Shown here: positions 18,700 through 24,000 of the stretch, one piece after another
How the letters are laid out: each line of letters starts with the position of its first letter
Numbering within the stretch: position 1 is the stretch's first letter
Source: Comamonadaceae bacterium
Lineage (GTDB): Bacteria; Pseudomonadota; Gammaproteobacteria; Burkholderiales; Burkholderiaceae_C
Direction: 5' to 3'
DNA: 24,000 nucleotides
Assembly: GCA_947372745.1 (NCBI GenBank)
Contig: CANBUY010000003.1
Coordinates: 1-24,000, forward strand
Position numbers and translations under genes: made by a program
Notes under the pieces: generated by a model
Seen by the model: the letters and a program-made list of their open reading frames with translations, nothing else
What the model was told of the DNA's origin: nothing
Database searches by the model: none

Positions 18700-21186
18700 A
18701 TGAGCGGTCTCACCAGCGCAGAGGCAAGCCAACGTCTTGATCAATATGGGCTAAATGTGCTCAAACAGCCCCTGCAGCGGGCTGTCGTGCTGCAATTTTT
18801 GGCACATTTTCGCAATCCGCTGGTGCTGGTGCTCTTGGCCGCCAGCGGCATCTCGGCGCTCACGGGCGATGTGGCTGGAGCGCTCATCATTGGTTTGATT
18901 GTGGTGATGAGTGTCACGCTGGACTTCGTGCAAGCCTACCGGGCGGGTCGTGCAGCCGAGCAGTTGGCCTTGCAAGTCGCGGTGATGGCCACGGTGCTGC
19001 GTGACGGCACACCCTGCGAACAAGCTGTAAGTGCACTGGTGCCGGGCGATGTGGTGCTGCTGTCGGCGGGCAATCTGATCCCTGCTGATGCTTGGCTTTT
19101 GGAGGCGAATGATTTTTTTGTTAACCAGGCCCAGTTGACCGGGGAGCCCTACCCGGTTGAGAAAAAAGCGCACGCGCCAGCGCCCGAAATAGAGAATAAA
19201 AACGCGCCGGATTTATGGGCACTTGATGCAGAAGACCGCATCTTCATGGGGAGCTCGGTGATCAGCGGTTCCGCAACAGCGCAGATTGGTCGAACCGGTA
19301 GCGAATCGGCCTTTGGCCAAATAGCGCTGAGTTTGGCGGACCAAGTGCCGCCCACGGCGTTTGAGCTGGGCACGCGTCGCTTTGGCATGCTCATCATGCG
19401 CCTGACGCTGCTATTGGTTTTGTTTACGCTTTTGGTCAATGTGGCTTTGCACCGTTCGCTACTGGAGTCGTTTTTATTTGCCGTGGCGCTGGCGGTCGGC
19501 CTGACGCCTGAGCTGCTGCCGATGGTGGTGTCGGTCACGCTCACGCGGGGTGCCTTGCGCATGGCAGTCCTGAAGGTGATCGTCAAGCGCCCCTCGGCCA
19601 TTCAGGACATGGGCGCGATGGATGTGCTGTGCACCGACAAAACCGGCACCCTGACCGAGGCGCGAATCCGCCTTGAACGCCATGTGGATGCTCAAGGGCG
19701 AGACAGCGCCCAGGTGCTGGCCTTGGCCTACCTCAACAGCTATTTTGAAAGCGGCTTGAAGAGCCCGCTGGACGACGCCATTCTGGCGCATGAAGACATT
19801 GACGTCTCTGACTGGCGCAAGGTGGACGAAGTGCCCTTTGACTTTGAACGCAGACGCGTCTCGGTCTTGGTGGAGCGTGCCAGCGCCCGTCGATTGGTGG
19901 TCAAGGGCGCGCCCGAAGATATTTTGCGTTTGTGCACCCGCTACCAAGACCCGGCAGGCGACATTGTTGGGCTAGATGCGACAACGCGCACCACCATCAA
20001 TGCCCTTTTTGATGGTTTGGGCGAAGAGGGCTTTCGGGTGCTGGGCATCGCCTGGCGGGATGTGACCCTTGACCACCCACATGCCGTGGTGTCTGATGAA
20101 ATTGAACTCGTGTTTGCGGGATTTGCCGCCTTTTTGGACCCACCCAAAGCCAGTGCGGGTGACGCCTTGCGCGCCATGGCGAGCAGTGGCGTCGCCGTCA
20201 AAATCGTGACGGGCGACAACGAGCGGGTAACCCGGCATGTTTGCACGCAACTGGGCATCCAGATAGACGGCGTTTTAACAGGCGCTGAGATGAGCGCCAT
20301 GAACGACGATGCGCTACGGGCCCGGGCGGAGCAGGTCAACCTCTTTTGCCGGGTGAACCCTTCGCAGAAGAACCGCATCATCCTGGCCCTCAAGGCGCGC
20401 GGTCATGTGGTGGGGTATCTGGGCGATGGCATCAACGATGCCCCCTCGCTGCATACCGCCGATGTGGGCATTTCGGTGGAGGGGGCCGTGGATGTCGCCA
20501 GACAGGCGGCAGACATGATCCTTTTAGAGCGCGACCTGATGGTGCTGCACCGAGGCATTCTGGAGGGGCGGCGCACCTTTGGCAATGTCATGAAATACAT
20601 CATGATGGCCACCAGCTCCAACTTTGGCAATATGTTCAGCATGGCGGCGGCCACGTTGTTTTTGCCTTTTCTGCCCATGTTGCCTTTGCAAATTTTGCTC
20701 AACAACCTGATGTACGACGTGTCTGAAATTACCCTGCCACTGGACCACGTCGACGCCGAAGACTTGGCGCAGTCCAAACGCTGGGACATGGGGTTTATCC
20801 GCAACTTCATGCTGACCATCGGGCCGATTAGTTCCTTGTTTGATTTTTTAACCTTTTACCTGCTGATGCATTGGTTCAACGCCCAGGAATCGCTGTTTCG
20901 AACCGGCTGGTTTGTCGAGTCGATGGCCACGCAGGTCATGGTGATATTTGTCATCCGTACGCGACGCAACCCCTTGCGCAGCCACCCTCACCTCGGCTTG
21001 GTGTTGACATCATTGGCAGTCGTACTGACGGCCATGCTGTTGCCGTTTACGCCCTTGGCGCCCTACTTGGGTTTTGAGCCACTGCCTGCGAAATTTTTTG
21101 GCTTGCTGTCGGCCCTGCTGGTCGCCTACTTATTGGCCGTTGAAGGAGGTAAACAATGGTTTTACAAACATCTGATGAAGGCCTGA
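18700..21186 (+). CDS. mgtA: Magnesium-translocating P-type ATPase (MgtA/MgtB family)
   Basis: Colinear similarity to E. coli MgtA is extensive: [85 protein letters not shown], and GRRTFGNVMKYIMMATSSNFGNMFS...LPFLPMLPLQILLNNLMYD. The start is uncertain: ATG 18700 (MSGLTSAEA...) or ATG 18643, and neither has a clear SD. Confidence 0.9.
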   Translation: MSGLTSAEASQRLDQYGLNVLKQPLQRAVVLQFLAHFRNPLVLVLLAASGISALTGDVAGALIIGLIVVMSVTLDFVQAYRAGRAAEQLALQVAVMATVLRDGTPCEQAVSALVPGDVVLLSAGNLIPADAWLLEANDFFVNQAQLTGEPYPVEKKAHAPAPEIENKNAPDLWALDAEDRIFMGSSVISGSATAQIGRTGSESAFGQIALSLADQVPPTAFELGTRRFGMLIMRLTLLLVLFTLLVNVALHRSLLESFLFAVALAVGLTPELLPMVVSVTLTRGALRMAVLKVIVKRPSAIQDMGAMDVLCTDKTGTLTEARIRLERHVDAQGRDSAQVLALAYLNSYFESGLKSPLDDAILAHEDIDVSDWRKVDEVPFDFERRRVSVLVERASARRLVVKGAPEDILRLCTRYQDPAGDIVGLDATTRTTINALFDGLGEEGFRVLGIAWRDVTLDHPHAVVSDEIELVFAGFAAFLDPPKASAGDALRAMASSGVAVKIVTGDNERVTRHVCTQLGIQIDGVLTGAEMSAMNDDALRARAEQVNLFCRVNPSQKNRIILALKARGHVVGYLGDGINDAPSLHTADVGISVEGAVDVARQAADMILLERDLMVLHRGILEGRRTFGNVMKYIMMATSSNFGNMFSMAAATLFLPFLPMLPLQILLNNLMYDVSEITLPLDHVDAEDLAQSKRWDMGFIRNFMLTIGPISSLFDFLTFYLLMHWFNAQESLFRTGWFVESMATQVMVIFVIRTRRNPLRSHPHLGLVLTSLAVVLTAMLLPFTPLAPYLGFEPLPAKFFGLLSALLVAYLLAVEGGKQWFYKHLMKA

Positions 21187-23714
21187 CCAGCGCACAGGCG
21201 GCACAACGCCTGCAGGAAGAGGGCCCCAACGCACTGCCGGGCGACCAGCGAGGTCTGTTCAGCACCATCGTCAAAGAGACCTTGCACGAACCGATGTTCA
21301 TGCTGCTGCTGGCCGCAGGAAGTCTCTATCTGGTGCTGGGGGATTTGCAGGAAGGTCTGGTGTTGTTTGGCTTTGTGCTGGTGGTGCTGGCTTTGACGCT
21401 GTATCAGGAAGGTAAAACCGAGCGCGCCATGGCCGCCCTGCGCGACCTCACCAGCCCCCGTGCGTTGGTGCTGCGTGACGGGCAAGCCCTGCGTATTGCC
21501 GGATGCGATGTCGTGGTGGGCGATCTATTGATCTTGTCCGAGGGCGACCGTATTGCGGCCGATGCCGTGCTGCGCACGGGGAGCGGTGTCGCGGTCGATG
21601 AATCCTTGTTGACCGGCGAGGCCGTGCCCGTCACCAAGATCGCGCAAGCGGGTAACTTGGACACAGCGGAAAAGCCACCGCGCCCCGGCGGTGACAACCT
21701 GCCTTTTTTGTACTCAGGCACGCTGCTGGTGAAAGGTCATGGCAGTGCACGCGTCACCGCGACCGGGCCACGCAGTGAAATTGGGCGCATTGGCTCCTCG
21801 CTGGCGTCCTTGAGCACTGAGCGCTCGCCTTTGAAGCAACAAACCGGACGCCTCGTGCGTTTGCTCGCCATTTTTGCTTTTTGCGCCAGCCTGTTCATGG
21901 TGCTGGCTTATGGCCTGATGCGGGATGACTGGATGGGCGCGCTGCTGGCCGGTATTGCCTTGGCCATGACGCTGCTGCCGCAAGAATTTACGGTGGTTTT
22001 GACCGTACTGCCCGCTTTGGGCGCCTGGCGCTTGTCGAAGCAACAGGTGTTGATCAGGCGCATGACCGCGATTGAAACGCTGGGGGCCACGTCGGTTTTG
22101 TGCGTCGACAAGACCGGCACCCTGACCGAAAACCGCATGACCGTGATGCAACTCTATGCCCAAGGGGCCGCCGCGGGCCTGGCGATTGACTACGACCGCA
22201 CCTCGGAACTGCCAGAAGCCTTCCACACCCTGGTCGAATTTTCTATTTTGGCCAGCGTGACCGATCCGTTTGACCCCATGGAAAAAGCCTTCCATCGCCT
22301 GGGCCTTCATTTCTTGGCAGACACAGAACACTTGCACCGCGACTGGACGCTGCTGCAGGAATACGGACTCACCAACGAGCTTCGCGCCATGTCGCACGTC
22401 TGGCGTGCGCAAGTGGGGGATGCCCATGTGGTGGCGGCCAAAGGCGCGCCCGAGGCCATCATTGACCTGTGCCATCTGGATGCCTCAACCCAGGCAGAAA
22501 TTGCCGCCGCCGCAGAGATCATGGCGGCCCGGGGCCTGCGTGTCTTGGGGGTCGCCCAGGCGCGCTTTGAAGGGGACAGTTGGCCGACGCTTGCGCATGA
22601 CTTTGATTTTGAATTTGTGGGTTTACTGGGGCTCGCCGACCCCTTGCGCGCCGAAATACCCCAGGCGGTGGCGCAGTGTTTGCGCGCGGGCATCCGGGTG
22701 GTCATGATCACGGGCGACTACCCGGCCACCGCCCGCGCAATTGCCCAGCAAGCCCAACTGGAGGCCGGCACCTCGGATGGCGTGCTGACCGGCGACGCCA
22801 TGGCGGCCATGAGTGACGCCGAACTGCAAGAAGTCATGAAAACCGCTAGCGTTTGTGCCCGTATTGCCCCTGAGCAAAAACTCCGTATCGTGAAAGCGCT
22901 CCAAGCCAATGGCGAGGTGGTGGCCATGACAGGCGACGGTGTGAACGATGCGCCAGCCCTCAAAGCCGCTCATGTGGGCGTCGCCATGGGCGGGCGTGGC
23001 ACCGATGTGGCGCGAGAAGCCGCCGCCATGGTCTTGCTGGACGACAACTTCACTTCTATCGTGCGGGCGGTCCGTTTGGGGCGCCGCATTTTTGACAACC
23101 TACGCAAGTCCATGTCTTACATTTTGGCCGTGCATGTGCCGATTGCCGGCATGGCTTTGCTGCCGGTGTTGCTGGGCTGGCCGGTCCTGCTGTATCCGCT
23201 GCACATTGCCTTTTTGGAACTGGTGATCGACCCGGCCTGCTCCATCGTCTTTGAAAACGAACCGTCCGAAGCCGATGTCATGCAGCGCCCACCGCGTGAC
23301 ATTCAAGCCCCCTTGTTTGGCGGCATGACGCTCGTCCTGTCCCTCCTGCAAGGCTTGGGCGTGCTGGTGGTGGTGCTGGCCGCTTATGCGCTGAGTGCGG
23401 CTTACTTGAGTGAAAAAGAAGTGCGTGCGTTCACTTTTGCCACCTTGGTGATGGGAAATCTGGCCCTGATTTTCTCCAACCGATCCCGCACTGCCACCTT
23501 GTGGACCACGCTACGCACGCCCAACCGCACCCTCTGGCTGGTGACCGGCGTGACGCTTGGACTCATGAGCCTGGCACTTTATTGGCCATGGATGGCTCGA
23601 CTTTTCTACTTTGAACCGTTGCCCCTTCGCTATCTCCTGATCGCAACAGGCTTGGGGTTGTCGAGTGTGCTTTGGTTCGAGATGATCAAGTTCAGTCGTC
23701 GGCGGACACCGTAA
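21156..23714 (+). CDS. Cation-transporting P-type ATPase, P2 (Ca2+-ATPase-like) subfamily
   Basis: The cation-ATPase N-terminus is [19 protein letters not shown]. Other motifs are [55 protein letters not shown] and C-terminal TM helices. A strong GAAGGAGG SD at 21142-21149 precedes the ATG. The gene overlaps the mgtA 3' end by 31 nt. Confidence 0.85.
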   Translation: MVLQTSDEGLTSAQAAQRLQEEGPNALPGDQRGLFSTIVKETLHEPMFMLLLAAGSLYLVLGDLQEGLVLFGFVLVVLALTLYQEGKTERAMAALRDLTSPRALVLRDGQALRIAGCDVVVGDLLILSEGDRIAADAVLRTGSGVAVDESLLTGEAVPVTKIAQAGNLDTAEKPPRPGGDNLPFLYSGTLLVKGHGSARVTATGPRSEIGRIGSSLASLSTERSPLKQQTGRLVRLLAIFAFCASLFMVLAYGLMRDDWMGALLAGIALAMTLLPQEFTVVLTVLPALGAWRLSKQQVLIRRMTAIETLGATSVLCVDKTGTLTENRMTVMQLYAQGAAAGLAIDYDRTSELPEAFHTLVEFSILASVTDPFDPMEKAFHRLGLHFLADTEHLHRDWTLLQEYGLTNELRAMSHVWRAQVGDAHVVAAKGAPEAIIDLCHLDASTQAEIAAAAEIMAARGLRVLGVAQARFEGDSWPTLAHDFDFEFVGLLGLADPLRAEIPQAVAQCLRAGIRVVMITGDYPATARAIAQQAQLEAGTSDGVLTGDAMAAMSDAELQEVMKTASVCARIAPEQKLRIVKALQANGEVVAMTGDGVNDAPALKAAHVGVAMGGRGTDVAREAAAMVLLDDNFTSIVRAVRLGRRIFDNLRKSMSYILAVHVPIAGMALLPVLLGWPVLLYPLHIAFLELVIDPACSIVFENEPSEADVMQRPPRDIQAPLFGGMTLVLSLLQGLGVLVVVLAAYALSAAYLSEKEVRAFTFATLVMGNLALIFSNRSRTATLWTTLRTPNRTLWLVTGVTLGLMSLALYWPWMARLFYFEPLPLRYLLIATGLGLSSVLWFEMIKFSRRRTP

Positions 23715-24000
23715 CCGGTACCCGCTGGGCGAGGCCGCACATCAACTCATAGCCGACGGTGCCTGCCGCGTGGGCGACCTCGTCGATGGACAGCAGCTCG
23801 CCCTTGGCTGTGGTGCCCCACAACGTCACCTCAGTCCCCAGGGTAGCCTGCGGCACCGGTGAGAGGTCGACAGTGATCATGTCCATGCTGACGCGACCCA
23901 CGGTGCGGGTGCGCACGCCGTTCACCAACACGGGCGTTCCGGTCGGGCAAGAGCGCGGGTAGCCATCGGCATAGCCGCAAGCCACAACGCCGATCCGCAA
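23692..24000 (-). CDS. alr: Alanine racemase, C-terminal part (N-terminus lies beyond the window edge)
   Basis: [15 protein letters not shown]...[23 protein letters not shown]...VTLWG...[25 protein letters not shown] is the conserved Alr/DadX C-terminal beta domain. The ORF is open to the window end. Confidence 0.85.
   Translation of the reverse strand: MRIGVVACGYADGYPRSCPTGTPVLVNGVRTRTVGRVSMDMITVDLSPVPQATLGTEVTLWGTTAKGELLSIDEVAHAAGTVGYELMCGLAQRVPVTVSADD

Noticed and set aside
21714-22475. A 253-aa minus-strand ORF antisense to the Ca2+-ATPase-like gene, with similar antisense ORFs at 19149-19601, 19474-19947 and 19941-20393 opposite mgtA.
   Set aside because: The translations are Gly/Arg/His/Gln-rich nonsense without recognisable domains. 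The + strand frames align colinearly with P-type ATPase motifs.
1-24000. A search for CRISPR arrays, tRNA/rRNA genes, IS elements, integrases, toxin-antitoxin pairs or known anti-phage defence genes.
   Set aside because: I recognised none of these. The only DNA-level repeats are coding repeats (adhesin units, curlin repeats, duplicated MCP and CheW domains). Every long ORF is accounted for by adhesion, chemosensory, partition-like, transport or housekeeping functions.

Overview
The window looks like a moderately GC-rich proteobacterial chromosome; a beta-proteobacterial origin is only a guess from composition and protein flavour. Genes from 1 to 17800 all lie on the + strand and form two blocks. 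Block 1 (1-5604) is a surface-adhesion/biofilm locus. It holds the 3' end of a giant YDG-repeat exoprotein (TpsA-like), then a complete curli export set (curlin, CsgE, CsgF, CsgG, second curlin), then a ShlB/FhaC-type TpsB transporter. The curli genes are therefore nested between the two halves of a two-partner-secretion pair. Block 2 (5914-17800) is a tightly coupled 11-gene chemosensory operon. Its order is a soluble receptor with two signalling hairpins (DosM-like), a triple-CheW protein, CheB, a HEAT-repeat protein, CheR, CheY, a CheA with a large unassigned insert instead of P2, a small STAS-like protein, a second CheY, a membrane-hairpin MCP with a degenerate tip, and a ParA-family ATPase. 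As far as I recall, this order matches Vibrio cholerae chemotaxis cluster I (the cytoplasmic-array system of unknown output). The mcp-parA pair recalls the tlpT-ppfA pair of Rhodobacter sphaeroides cheOp3. This operon, sitting next to a curli/TPS matrix locus, is my best candidate for the interesting system, but its parts belong to known families. Block 3 (17797-24000) holds an orphan ParB-like gene convergent with parA, tandem overlapping P-type ATPases (MgtA-type, then Ca2+-ATPase-type), and the 3' end of alanine racemase on the minus strand. I recognised no rRNA, tRNA, CRISPR array, IS or transposase, or obvious defence genes. Domain boundaries and all homology statements come from reading the translations by eye and need computational confirmation.
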